Shown in pieces: positions 1-9,631 of a stretch of DNA of 64,000 nt. Each line of letters opens with the position of its first letter. The first letter of the stretch is position 1. The notes beneath the pieces were generated by a model. It was not told the origin of the DNA. It saw nothing but the letters and a program-made list of their open reading frames with translations, and made no database searches. Location: positions 12,136 to 76,135 of the forward strand of contig JAPLYL010000003.1 of NCBI GenBank assembly GCA_026395595.1, read 5' to 3'. Position numbers and translations under genes: made by a program. Source of the DNA: Candidatus Parcubacteria bacterium (GTDB taxonomy: Bacteria; Patescibacteriota; Minisyncoccia; Phycocordibacterales; CAIJYI01).

Positions 1-54
1 ACCAATGCTTTTCTTGATTCACTCAAGATTCTTAGAGAAGAGAAGGACACTTTA

Positions 55-921
55 GTGATAAAAGGCGATATCAAAAAAGAGAAACTTTCTGGAATTGAAG
101 TGTTTCATTTTGGACTTTCCCCGGACATGAATAAAACACCCGGAGATGATGATAAAAAAATAAATGTCTGGACCGATCAAAAGACCGGTGATCTGAGACA
201 AGTGCAGTTTTCTTCCGGAGGATATTCGGTAATCGTTACTCTTGTCCAGACGAATAAAGCGGTTAGTATTTCAGAACCGTCGGTATTTTTGTCGGCAGAG
301 GTGTGGAAAGAAAAACAGTTTGCTTCCGCTCTCCCCGAACACCTTATCACTGAGATATTTATCGGCTCCTACGGTTCCATTAAAAAAGAGTATTTAGATG
401 GAGTGAAGTCTGCCGTGCAAAAAGCAACTGGGGCAAAAGTCACGATAATGGGGAGCGGTTCTCCTCTTGAAAAAACAGCCCCTCTATTTGATGAAGCGCA
501 CCAGCAATTTGACGCCGATGCTCTCTTTAAAAGCATGGAAAGAACGTCTGCAAAATATGGCGATGTAAATCGTTTTATTTACGTTCTTGATGTTAGCCTG
601 TATTCCCCCTCTCATTTGGAAAAAGGGGCGGTATGGTATATGGAAAAACTCGGATCAAACACGGCGCTTGTTTCTTCTTACGGTCTGGAGAAAAAAAATG
701 ATACAGCAACAAGCTCGGCTTCTGTTTCAACCGTTATCAGTCGTCTTCAAAAAATATCTTTGCATGCGCTTGGAACAAGCATAGGTTTCTCAATCTCTTC
801 TTCTTCCGACAATAAAGCTTGTCTAATGTATCCTGCAACTACTCTCTCAGAACTTGATGCGCAAGGCTCAGGTTATTGCGAACCGGAAAAAGGCTTAATA
901 AGCAAAATCTTCAAAAAATAA
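55..921 (+). CDS. Hypothetical protein with C-terminal archaemetzincin-like domain, probably catalytically inactive; likely 5'-truncated by the window edge
   Basis: The C-terminus SLHALGTSIGF...CLMYPATTLSELDAQGSGYC resembles the archaemetzincin HExGHxxGL/CxM/C pattern, but HEXXH is degenerate. Confidence 0.5.
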   Translation: MIKGDIKKEKLSGIEVFHFGLSPDMNKTPGDDDKKINVWTDQKTGDLRQVQFSSGGYSVIVTLVQTNKAVSISEPSVFLSAEVWKEKQFASALPEHLITEIFIGSYGSIKKEYLDGVKSAVQKATGAKVTIMGSGSPLEKTAPLFDEAHQQFDADALFKSMERTSAKYGDVNRFIYVLDVSLYSPSHLEKGAVWYMEKLGSNTALVSSYGLEKKNDTATSSASVSTVISRLQKISLHALGTSIGFSISSSSDNKACLMYPATTLSELDAQGSGYCEPEKGLISKIFKK

Positions 922-926
922 CACAT

Positions 927-965
927 AAAAAATCCCCCGATGTAAATGTAAATCGGGGGATTTTT
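927..965. terminator. Bidirectional intrinsic terminator
   Basis: AAAAAATCCCCCGAT..ATCGGGGGATTTTT between convergent genes. Confidence 0.8.
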
Positions 966-970
966 AAGTA

Positions 971-1333
971 TTATTTTGTTGCTGCGGTATCAATGACTTT
1001 CGCAAAAACTTCAGGTTGGAATTCGGCGAGTTCGGCGAGCATTTTTCTGTTGAGAGCAATGTTCTTCTTTTTGAGAGCGTCAATCAATTTGCTGTAAGAG
1101 GGGATAGTGACATTTTCCAAAGCTCTGATACCGGCGTTGATTTTCACGTTCCATAATCGGCGGTAATCTCCTTTTTTATCACGTCGGTGCGCAAAGGCAT
1201 GACTTCCTGCATGGACGATAGCCTCGTATGCCTGGCGTTCTTTTGTGCTGCGTCCAAAACGATACCCTTTAGTTTGGGCGAGAACATTCTTGCGTGATTT
1301 ATTGGCGGTCGTGCCTCTTTTAACTCTTGTCAT
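971..1333 (-). CDS. rplT: 50S ribosomal protein L20
   Basis: MTRVKRG...KGYR...RRDKKGDYRRLW...LNRKMLAELA. Confidence 0.98.
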   Translation of the reverse strand: MTRVKRGTTANKSRKNVLAQTKGYRFGRSTKERQAYEAIVHAGSHAFAHRRDKKGDYRRLWNVKINAGIRALENVTIPSYSKLIDALKKKNIALNRKMLAELAEFQPEVFAKVIDTAATK

Positions 1334-1365
1334 GATAGTGTGTGATTACCGGGGTTCCGGCCTGA

Positions 1366-1554
1366 TTATTTGGTTTTTGTTAAAAATCTGCTTTTGGTTT
1401 TATTGGTCATTTTGAAAGCGATGTTCTTTCTCTTTCCCAATTGTTTGACTCTTTGCTTGCGAGAATTGAAATGGTTCAGACCGCCGACGCGTCCCAGCAC
1501 CTTTCCTTTCTTGGTGACTCTCAGTCGTTTTGTGTATGCTTTATTCGTTTTCAT
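1366..1554 (-). CDS. rpmI: 50S ribosomal protein L35
   Basis: MKTNKAYTKRLRVTKKGKV; position between infC and rplT. Confidence 0.95.
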   Translation of the reverse strand: MKTNKAYTKRLRVTKKGKVLGRVGGLNHFNSRKQRVKQLGKRKNIAFKMTNKTKSRFLTKTK

Positions 1555-1579
1555 GGTGTTATTAAAATATCTCGTTTTG

Positions 1580-2092
1580 TTATTTCTTAACCGATCTTTC
1601 TACGATAAGGGTTAATCCTTTCGGGCCTTTTTTGGGGCCGTCAACAATCTTATACTCCTCGGTAATAAAATGAAGCAGTCGGTCTAATCGTTCTTTTAAA
1701 AATGATTCATTCAAATACTTCGCGCGGCCCTTCAAAAACAGATTTATCTTTACGCGATGGCCTTCTTTGAGCCATGTGGAAGCGTTTTTCGCTTTCAGCT
1801 CAAGATCATGCTCTCCGGTACCGATGGTAACCTGAAGCGACTTCAATTCAATGACGTGAGCCTTGGTTTTGGTCGCTTTTTCTTTTTTGTTCTTCTCGTA
1901 AACGAATTTACCATAATCTAGGATTTTTGCAACAGGCGGAACAGCATTCGGGGAAATTTCCACCAAGTCCATTCCGGCTTGCTCTGCTCGCGTAAGGGCT
2001 TCGTCTCGTGAGATAACTCCGAGAGGGGAACCGTCGGGTCCGATGACTCGCAGTTGAGGGGCCCGTATTTGAGTGTTTATTCGTTCGTCCAA
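1580..2092 (-). CDS. infC: Translation initiation factor IF-3 (TTG start)
   Basis: RINTQIRAPQLRVI, DLVEISPNAVPPVAKILDYGKF. Confidence 0.97.
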   Translation of the reverse strand: MDERINTQIRAPQLRVIGPDGSPLGVISRDEALTRAEQAGMDLVEISPNAVPPVAKILDYGKFVYEKNKKEKATKTKAHVIELKSLQVTIGTGEHDLELKAKNASTWLKEGHRVKINLFLKGRAKYLNESFLKERLDRLLHFITEEYKIVDGPKKGPKGLTLIVERSVKK

Positions 2093-2240
2093 AGTAGTAT
2101 TTGAAAAAGGTTATGTTTATAAGCTACCGTAAATAGTAACAAATAATGCCATTTTTGGCAACAGGTAGTCTGTTTTTTTGGGTAAAAAATAAAAGAGCCT
2201 AAATAATAGGCTCTTTTGAATCAGTGGCGAGCATAATCAC

Positions 2241-2540
2241 CTAATAGTGAGAATGAAAGTTAATCGGTTCGGTTTCTGTTTTTGGTCCAGGAATAATGTG
2301 ACTCACATCAAGGGTGTAGTGATCCTTCAAGATCACTATTTCTTTGCGGACTGATGCTATATCGTTTCTCTTCTTTTCTCTTGTTTCAACACTCGTCACT
2401 ACGTCCACTTTTCCGTTTTCGTAAGAAACGCTGGTGATGCAAAAAACGAGATGGGTTCCGGGAATCGTTATTTCCGTTTCCACGCTTTTGGAGCAAGCAT
2501 GCCCTCCGGGGGCATCGGCAAATATATCGTCATTATTCAT
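2241..2540 (-). CDS. Hypothetical protein
   Basis: ORF with strong SD (AGAGGAGG) before ATG 2540 and a terminator downstream. Confidence 0.6.
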   Translation of the reverse strand: MNNDDIFADAPGGHACSKSVETEITIPGTHLVFCITSVSYENGKVDVVTSVETREKKRNDIASVRKEIVILKDHYTLDVSHIIPGPKTETEPINFHSHY

Positions 2541-2696
2541 TTTCTTTCCTCCTCTTTTTACAGTAAAGAACAAAAATTTAGTTATTTATACCTTTCGTGG
2601 TTCTATAAGTCAAGGCCATGACGGGCAAGCCCTCCTTCGCTTGCGAGCTATGGCAAGCAAGGAAAAACCGCCCCATAGTTGGGGCGGTCAGCTTTT

Positions 2697-3392
2697 CTAT
2701 TGCAGAACTTTTTGAGTTCTTGGTTTCCGAATCATGGTGAGAGGAATGATTTGATCAATAAGACCGAATTCAAATGCTTCTTCCGCAGACATGATTCGTT
2801 CGCGAGTAAGCATCCTTCTTATCTCTTCCTCGCTTCGCATGGTTCTGTCCATAAGAATTTTTACCATCTTGTCATTGATTTTTTCAAATTCCTTAATCAT
2901 GAGCAATCTTTGTTTATCTTTTCTCAGGATACGAGCGTTTACGCGCATCATTCCTTGACTATAATGGCAAAAGAATTCCGTATTCGCCGTGGCGGACCGC
3001 CCTATGCATCCTTGCAAAAGAAGTTGTATCGCCGCGGAACTTACGTATTCGCAGACAACACCGTGCGCTCCACCGGGATAAAGCAGAAGTTGGTCATGAA
3101 TACCCATTCCAGCACGTATAAAGCCTCCGTCGGACGTGATATTCACTCTCACGGGAGGGGAGCCTTTCATTTTTAAAAGTTTAAGACTTTCCCGTACGTT
3201 GCTCGCCATTGCTTCATCAACAAAACCGAAGAGGTTTATTTCCGGTTCGGCGTCATCCAATAATTTGACATTGATGGCTTTTTCAAGACTATCGGAGAAC
3301 ATTTCATTTTTGTTTTGAAAGTACTTCACGAGGGAAGGGAGAGGAGCATCGCAAAAGAGAAACTCATCATATTCGTTATTGGTATTATACAT
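2697..3392 (-). CDS. Divergent ClpP-family protease subunit
   Basis: NITSDGG, YVSSAA (Ser), FFCHY (His), MSAEEAFEFGLIDQI; SD AGGAGG before ATG 3392. Confidence 0.85.
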   Translation of the reverse strand: MYNTNNEYDEFLFCDAPLPSLVKYFQNKNEMFSDSLEKAINVKLLDDAEPEINLFGFVDEAMASNVRESLKLLKMKGSPPVRVNITSDGGFIRAGMGIHDQLLLYPGGAHGVVCEYVSSAAIQLLLQGCIGRSATANTEFFCHYSQGMMRVNARILRKDKQRLLMIKEFEKINDKMVKILMDRTMRSEEEIRRMLTRERIMSAEEAFEFGLIDQIIPLTMIRKPRTQKVLQ

Positions 3393-3533
3393 TGTCCACC
3401 TCCTTTTAAAGGGCAATTGTTTCTGATATTCAGACTACACCACTTTTTTGAGGCGGTCAAATAAACCCGCCTTCACCAAAGGCTACTGCGGGCAAAGAAA
3501 TACCGCCCCGATTTGCTCGGGGCGGTCTTGGTG

Positions 3534-4247
3534 TTAAAAGGTGGGCCTTGTTATCCGTTTACGTTTTGCTTTTGTTGGTTTTTCTTCCTCGGGTTCTGCC
3601 ATTTTGAATTCAAGAACCCCGTCAAGGATACCGAACGCCAGCGCTTCTTGTGCCGTCATAAATCGTCCTTTTGCAAGAAGTTTGAAGATTTCTCCCTCTG
3701 TTCTTCCTGTCCTTCTCATGAGAATCCGCACGGCTTGAGCTTTTATTTTCTCAAGTTCGCGAATCATTCTCGTTCGCCACCCGACGCTTTTCAGATCGTG
3801 TTCCGTGATGAGATCTATGGTAAGAGCGTTATGGCACATGATTTCGCAGTTTTCCGTTGCGAAACGGACGGTGCATCCTTGGAGCAGGAACATCGCCGCT
3901 GCAGAGCAGGCTTGTCCAATGGCTAATCCCTCTACTCGTACTCCTGTTTCCAAAGAATACAGCATAAAGAGGTCGTGGATTTCCAACCCCGCTTGAACGC
4001 TTCCTCCGGGAGAGGAAATTCTGACCGTAAGAACGCCTTCTTTTGGTGGTTCGTAGGTGAGGATAACAAGAGCATCCCGCACATATTCGGCCATTTCTTC
4101 GTTTACTTCACCGTGAAGATAGAGAAGTCCTTGATCTAAAAGACTCAAGAGAGCCGCATTTTTAATATCTTTAGGAACAACGAATCTTTCTCGTCCTTCT
4201 CCATTTTCGTTTCGTAAGAATTTTCTTACGGTATATGAGATACTCAT
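3534..4247 (-). CDS. Divergent ClpP-family protease subunit
   Basis: ISSPGGSVQAGLEIHD, QACSAA, IMCHN, MTAQEALAFGILDGV. Confidence 0.88.
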   Translation of the reverse strand: MSISYTVRKFLRNENGEGRERFVVPKDIKNAALLSLLDQGLLYLHGEVNEEMAEYVRDALVILTYEPPKEGVLTVRISSPGGSVQAGLEIHDLFMLYSLETGVRVEGLAIGQACSAAAMFLLQGCTVRFATENCEIMCHNALTIDLITEHDLKSVGWRTRMIRELEKIKAQAVRILMRRTGRTEGEIFKLLAKGRFMTAQEALAFGILDGVLEFKMAEPEEEKPTKAKRKRITRPTF

Positions 4248-4316
4248 GTATTACCTCCGTTTGTCTATGCTATTGAAAGGTACCCATCTTCTAATCTTAT
4301 TATTTCATTGTTTTAC

Positions 4317-5561
4317 CTATTTGTCAATACAAGTTTTTCTGGCATCGCTTCCTGCCACCCATCCGGTCGTCCAGCAAAGTTGGAGAGAAAAACCTCCCGA
4401 AGGGCGATTGATATCCAAAACATCGCCGAGCAAATACAGGTTTGGGTGGATTTTTGAAGTCATGTTTGTGAAGTTCACTTCGGTAAGAGCCACTCCTCCG
4501 TCGGCGATAAGCGCCTTTTCAAAACCGAGGGTTCCCGTAATAGGGAAGGAAAGATCCTTCATTTTTTTTACGAGCGCTTTGCGTTCTTCTTTGGTAACCG
4601 CATTCGCTTCTTTTTCGGCGAGTTGAATATCGGGCAGATTGAGTATTTGTTCCGCAAGAGATTTTTCCATCATCTCCGGCAAGATGTTTTTCAGTAATTT
4701 GTTTTTATTTTTCTCAAACAAACGCCAGACTCTTCGGTCAAGCTCATTTTCTTCCGTGTCGGGAAACATATCAATACTCGCCGTAACCGAACCTTTTTCC
4801 AAAAGTTTTTTCACTTCAAAAGAAGTGTTTAAAACGAGCGGGCCGGAAATGCCGAAATGGGTGAAAAGAATTTTTCCCGTTTTTTTGATCTTATTTTTCC
4901 CATCCTGACGAAAACGAATAGTCATAAAAGAAAGAGAAACGCCGGACAAGGCGTGTATCCATTTTGCATCGGTAGTAAGAGGAACGAGATTCGGATTCGG
5001 TTCTTTAACGGTATGTCCAAGTTTCTCAAGGATTGTCACGCCTTCGCCTCCAATACCGGAAGCAAGAGCGACCTTTTTTCCGATGAATGTTTCTTCTGAT
5101 TTTGTCTGTACGGAAAAAGTGCCATCTTCATTTTTTTTGAGCCCGGTAACTTTCATTCCCGATTTTATTTCCACGTTATTTTTCTTGATATAATTCTTCA
5201 TTACCGCCACGACATCGTTCGCATTCTGTGTCTTGGGAAAAGCGCGTTTCCTCCCTTCAACGACAAGTGGTAACCCTTTCTTCTCAAAAAAATTAAAAGT
5301 GTCCTGTATGGAAAATTTGGAAAATGGCGAAAAAAGAAATTCTTTCGCTTCGGGGAAGTTTGCCAAAAAAGCGCGGGTATCAAATTCCGCGTTCGTGATG
5401 TTGCATCGCCCGCCGCCGGTCAAAGAAAGCTTCTTGCCAAGGTCTTTGTTTTTTTCAGTCAAAAGCACCCGCGAGCCCAGTTCAGCAGCCCGCCCCGCGC
5501 ACATCATCCCTGAAGGCCCGCCCCCGATGACAATAAGATCAAAAATCCGATTATTTTGCAT
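4317..5561 (-). CDS. HI0933/BaiN-family NAD(P)/FAD-dependent oxidoreductase
   Basis: GGGPSG, GKKLSLTGGGRCNITN, LFTHFGISGP, GGFSLQLCWTTG. Confidence 0.93.
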   Translation of the reverse strand: MQNNRIFDLIVIGGGPSGMMCAGRAAELGSRVLLTEKNKDLGKKLSLTGGGRCNITNAEFDTRAFLANFPEAKEFLFSPFSKFSIQDTFNFFEKKGLPLVVEGRKRAFPKTQNANDVVAVMKNYIKKNNVEIKSGMKVTGLKKNEDGTFSVQTKSEETFIGKKVALASGIGGEGVTILEKLGHTVKEPNPNLVPLTTDAKWIHALSGVSLSFMTIRFRQDGKNKIKKTGKILFTHFGISGPLVLNTSFEVKKLLEKGSVTASIDMFPDTEENELDRRVWRLFEKNKNKLLKNILPEMMEKSLAEQILNLPDIQLAEKEANAVTKEERKALVKKMKDLSFPITGTLGFEKALIADGGVALTEVNFTNMTSKIHPNLYLLGDVLDINRPSGGFSLQLCWTTGWVAGSDARKTCIDK

Positions 5562-5648
5562 ATCAAAAGACTAGCACCTATTGACAAAATATGCAATAGG
5601 GTGTATAGTTAAAATGGTTTTGATTTTTGATACAACGAGGAGAAAAAC

Positions 5649-5993
5649 ATGAAAACAACAAGTGTTTTGAAACAACTTACCGCCGCCGCTAACGATCAGC
5701 TTTGTTTTTGGAAAACAGCGAAAAAAACAGGCTTGGTGACCTATGACTTTGGAAATGATATTGTTTCTGTAGAAACAGGAACGGGGGATGATGACAAAGT
5801 GATCTTAATGACAACCGGGTTCTTGATCTCCCTTTTTTCTGATGTTGAACACACTCCGTATAACGCCTTGCTTGTCCTAGAATCAACAGGGTTGGATGTT
5901 ATGGTAGTCAATTGCCGTAAATATATTACCCCTGATTACCTGGCCGAACTTTGCGACCGCGCCGGTTTTAGTTTTTGCGAAGCTGTTGAATAA
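5649..5993 (+). CDS. Hypothetical protein
   Basis: TTGACA-17-TATAGT promoter (5581), SD GAGGAG, hairpin terminator after the stop. Confidence 0.65.
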   Translation: MKTTSVLKQLTAAANDQLCFWKTAKKTGLVTYDFGNDIVSVETGTGDDDKVILMTTGFLISLFSDVEHTPYNALLVLESTGLDVMVVNCRKYITPDYLAELCDRAGFSFCEAVE

Positions 5994-6029
5994 ATGAACG
6001 CAACGAACGGGTTTACGCCCGTTCGTTTT

Positions 6030-6224
6030 TTATTTTATATCAAACACGTTCTCAATATGTTTTTGTTTGAGAACTTCTGTGATTTTATGCGCCAAAAGCA
6101 GGGAGGGGTTATACCGTCCCGCTTCAAGAGAAATGATCGTTTGCCGCGTTACCCCGACTCGTTCCGCGAGTTCTTCCTGTGTCATTCCAATCTTTTTTCG
6201 CAGTTCTGAGATTCTGGTTTCCAT
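6030..6224 (-). CDS. XRE-family HTH transcriptional regulator
   Basis: [29 protein letters not shown]. Confidence 0.93.
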   Translation of the reverse strand: METRISELRKKIGMTQEELAERVGVTRQTIISLEAGRYNPSLLLAHKITEVLKQKHIENVFDIK

Positions 6225-6319
6225 GATGTCTAAATAATAAAATAGAAAAATAAAATCAAAACATCAGTATCGTTATCGTTAATCTTTTTATTTTACTATT
6301 TTCTTATTTTTCTCTTTTT

Positions 6320-6745
6320 TTAGTTATTTCTATCCAGATACCAGTTTGTCGCGCCTTTGGCGATCAGTCCGGCAATAATGGCAATGATAATAACGGGATC
6401 AACGAGAATATCTTTTCCTCTCACTGCTGTTTGCGCGACCTCAAAGGCGATTCCCGTTGCCAGCACGGCGAGGATTACCCAAAGAGCATTTCTTTCCGCA
6501 AGCGCCTCATGTTGTCTTTCTCGTTCATCTTCCGGCAGATGGATCATAATATCCGCCAAATCAACTGCGAAGATAACCACCCAAACGATGAGAATTACAG
6601 GCACCGCTCCGTTTATCTGCATGAACGAAAGAGCCACAAGAGGGGAGATCATAATTGCGGTATACAACCATCCCTGCCATGTTGCCGGCGTAATTCCCCA
6701 GCCGGAGTATTTTCGTCTTTTAAACCACTCTTTTTTTCCTATCAT
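6320..6745 (-). CDS. Membrane protein, DUF2178-like, co-transcribed with the XRE regulator
   Basis: Four hydrophobic segments; DERE motif. Confidence 0.7.
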   Translation of the reverse strand: MIGKKEWFKRRKYSGWGITPATWQGWLYTAIMISPLVALSFMQINGAVPVILIVWVVIFAVDLADIMIHLPEDERERQHEALAERNALWVILAVLATGIAFEVAQTAVRGKDILVDPVIIIAIIAGLIAKGATNWYLDRNN

Positions 6746-6762
6746 ATATTTGTTTATTATTA

Positions 6763-6784
6763 TATGTAAAAAATATGTTACATA
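6763..6784. promoter_or_regulatory. Palindromic operator for the XRE regulator
   Basis: TATGTAA-N8-TTACATA just upstream of the operon. Confidence 0.55.
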
Positions 6785-6842
6785 TATCAATATAGCATAT
6801 TTTTTCTGCAACACAAGCCTTTTTCTGTGGATTTCCTAAAAT

Positions 6843-7271
6843 TTGACTTTTATTGCATATTATCTTACTTTCCGCGAGGTAAAAGCGTTTGAAGAAATGA
6901 CCGGCGTGGCGCGTCTTTGTTTGTCCGTCCCCGAAGGAAACACGGTAAAAAAAGAGATGATATGCGTCGGATTTGACATAAGAAGTCTTGCGGAAAAAAA
7001 AGAAAAGATGGAGCCGATTTCTTTTCCCGTAAAGAATGGAGATAAGGAGACCTCAGAATTTTTTCGGATATTGGAGATAAGACATCGGATTACTTACAAC
7101 TACGGTAAAGGAATAATGTATTTGATTGATAATACCGACGGAGAACATCCGGACGTCAAAACAATCCCTCATGAAGATTTTGCCAGAGCGGTCAGACAAG
7201 GTATTCCGACCTCTGCCGAAATGCTGCTGTTACTTTCTCTCTCATATCTCTTTCCGCGTTACCGAATATGA
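6843..7271 (+). CDS. Hypothetical protein (start uncertain, possible frameshift near 7235)
   Basis: ORF track; a protein-like continuation exists in another frame to 7344. Confidence 0.4.
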   Translation: MTFIAYYLTFREVKAFEEMTGVARLCLSVPEGNTVKKEMICVGFDIRSLAEKKEKMEPISFPVKNGDKETSEFFRILEIRHRITYNYGKGIMYLIDNTDGEHPDVKTIPHEDFARAVRQGIPTSAEMLLLLSLSYLFPRYRI

Positions 7272-7412
7272 GGACATGGTTTCCGAAGAACAGATGGCGG
7301 AACTCATTGAACTCTTCTATCGCTTGGTTCCGGCTGATGCATAAAAGTTAAAGCGTTCCAATACTCTTGGGACGCTTTTTTGTTTTTCGTTCTTCTTGTA
7401 TACTGTAATTCT

Positions 7413-7871
7413 ATGCACACGCTATTATTTTTCGGTTTGATGTTTTGGGTCAGTTTTTGCTTCGCAAAAATGGAAATTGAAATAGAAGGGGCGCACGGGT
7501 GGGCGGGAGATCTTCCTACGTGGCGAATATCCAAAGAACACTTTATCAGTCGAATTTTTGCCGGAGGAAGAGAACTCACCGGTTATCATCTTTGGGTGCA
7601 GCTCTTTGTTTTCTCTCTTCTTCATCTGACATACTTGTTCACCCCGTTTAATCTTGGGGTGGAACTTCAGATTTTTTCTTTCATCTTTTTCGTCTGGATT
7701 ACGGAAGACTATATGTGGTTTCTTTTGAATCCCGCGTTCGGAATCGCGAAGTTTAAAAAAGAAAATATCTGGTGGCACGAACGCCATTGGTGGAAATTTG
7801 CCCCTCGGGATTATTTTATTTTTATCCCGATTGCGATAATACTCTATATCCTTTCTTTCTTTTTGGTATAA
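7413..7871 (+). CDS. Membrane protein
   Basis: Hydrophobic; EIEIEGAHGWAGDLPTW and EDYMWFLLNP look like conserved motifs. Confidence 0.7.
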   Translation: MHTLLFFGLMFWVSFCFAKMEIEIEGAHGWAGDLPTWRISKEHFISRIFAGGRELTGYHLWVQLFVFSLLHLTYLFTPFNLGVELQIFSFIFFVWITEDYMWFLLNPAFGIAKFKKENIWWHERHWWKFAPRDYFIFIPIAIILYILSFFLV

Positions 7872-7910
7872 AAATAAGGCGTTACGGCTGAGTCGTAACG
7901 CCTTGTGTTT

Positions 7911-9044
7911 TTATACGGTGATTTTATAGCCGTATTCGGTTGTTTCCACTTTCGGTTCGTGATATTCCATTCCGAAAGCATCCGCAACCGCTCGATAGGT
8001 TATCTTTCCTTGAATGATATTCACACCCTTCAAAAGCGCTTCGTTTTCCGCAACCGCACGAATCCAGCCTTTATTGGCCAACTCAAGCGCATAAAGAAGA
8101 GTAGCGTTTGTCAACGCGATTGTTGAAGTTCTTGGAAACGCGCCCGGCATATTAGCCACGCCATAGTGTACGATGCCGTCAACGATAAAGATAGGGTCTT
8201 TGTGTGTGGTCGGATGAACCGTTTCCACACAGCCACCTTGGTCAATGGCAACGTCCACGATAACCGCGCCTTGCTTCATCAGTTTTAAATCTTCGCGACG
8301 AATCAATTTTGGAGCCGCTGCGCCGGGAATGAGAACGCCACCAATCACGAGATCCGCGTCTTTGATGTGTTTCAAGATATTTTCACGATTGGAAACAAGA
8401 CTTTCCGCATTCGGCAAGATATCTCGGAGATATCGCAAACGGGGAAGTGATGAATCCAATATAACCACATTCGCGCCCATACCGAGCGCTTTTTTTGCGG
8501 CATTTAATCCGACGATGCCTCCGCCTAAAACGACGACTTTTCCGCGCGCTGTGCCAGTGACTCCGCCGAGTAAAATACCGCGTCCGCCGTAGATTTTTTC
8601 CAGATACTTCGCACCCTCATGCGTTGCCATACTGCCGGCAACTTCCGACATAGGTACGAGCAACGGAAGGGAATGATCCGGCAATTCAACGGTTTCGTAG
8701 GCGATACACGTTGCGCCAGATTTTAAATGCGCTTCAGTCAGTTCTCGGTCTGCGGCGAAATGGAAGTAGGTGAAGATTACCTGATCTTTTTTCATGCGAG
8801 GCCATTCGGGGGTAATAGGCTCCTTGACCTTGATGATCATGTCGGTGAGATCCCATACGTCTTCAACCGGCATCACATGCGCTCCAGTTTTGAGGTATTC
8901 TTCATCACTGAAACCGCTTCCGATTCCCGCACCCTTTTCTACAAAAACTTTATGACCCGCGGAAACAAGCGCTTCCACGCCGGCGGGGGTTACTCCAACC
9001 CGATTTTCATTCGTTTTAATTTCTTTCGGTACACCTATTTTCAT
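7911..9044 (-). CDS. ald: Alanine dehydrogenase
   Basis: MKIGVPKEIKTNENRV, GGGIVG, DVAIDQGGC, VANMPGA. Confidence 0.96.
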   Translation of the reverse strand: MKIGVPKEIKTNENRVGVTPAGVEALVSAGHKVFVEKGAGIGSGFSDEEYLKTGAHVMPVEDVWDLTDMIIKVKEPITPEWPRMKKDQVIFTYFHFAADRELTEAHLKSGATCIAYETVELPDHSLPLLVPMSEVAGSMATHEGAKYLEKIYGGRGILLGGVTGTARGKVVVLGGGIVGLNAAKKALGMGANVVILDSSLPRLRYLRDILPNAESLVSNRENILKHIKDADLVIGGVLIPGAAAPKLIRREDLKLMKQGAVIVDVAIDQGGCVETVHPTTHKDPIFIVDGIVHYGVANMPGAFPRTSTIALTNATLLYALELANKGWIRAVAENEALLKGVNIIQGKITYRAVADAFGMEYHEPKVETTEYGYKITV

Positions 9045-9151
9045 CACATCCTCCTTTTGGATAGTGAAATCAATTAAAAATTCTTTTTTCAAAAGAACGC
9101 TCTTTGACCACACGATATATCTTATTTTATAGTTTGTCAATTATTCGGTCC

Positions 9152-9398
9152 GTGAATCCAAAAACTCTTCGTTCGTCATCCTCGCGAATGCGGGGCGACC
9201 TAATTTTGACCTAATTTTTAAGGAGCGAAGCGACTATAAAAATGGAAATACTCTTGTAGTATAATGACCGAAGCGACTATAAAAATGGAAGTACTCTTGT
9301 GGTGCTCCAGAGTATGGCTTAATGACGTGGATCCCCGTATTCGCGAGGATGACGATTTGGGGATATTTTAGTCCAAGGAAATGAGTTTTTGGATTCAC
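9152..9398. repeat. MITE/REP-like composite palindromic element
   Basis: 16-bp perfect terminal inverted repeat, 22-bp inner inverted repeat, internal direct repeats. Confidence 0.7.
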
Positions 9399-9484
9399 AG
9401 TTCGGTATTTTTCCACAATCGCATTATCCGATAATATGGTATTATATACTTAGCAGAGCATTATTCGTTAATTCGTTTAATTTT

Positions 9485-9547
9485 ATGGCAAAAGGACAAG
9501 ATAAAAGAAAAGAAGTGAAGAAACCGAAAAAAGGAGCGAAAAAATAA
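9485..9547 (+). CDS. 20-aa lysine-rich small protein MAKGQDKRKEVKKPKKGAKK
   Basis: ATG..TAA in frame, followed at once by an intrinsic terminator (AAAACCGC-GCAA-GCGGTTTTTTT). Confidence 0.6.
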   Translation: MAKGQDKRKEVKKPKKGAKK

Positions 9548-9631
9548 TTTTGAAAAACCGCGCAAGCGGTTTTTTTATTTCTGTATCTCTTCGGAATTTG
9601 TTATTATAAAGATGAGATAAAAAATAAAAAT

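Noticed and set aside
9226-9303. Two ~35-nt direct repeats as a mini CRISPR array
   Set aside because: Only two copies, a spacer of ~8 nt and no cas genes; they sit inside a palindromic element.
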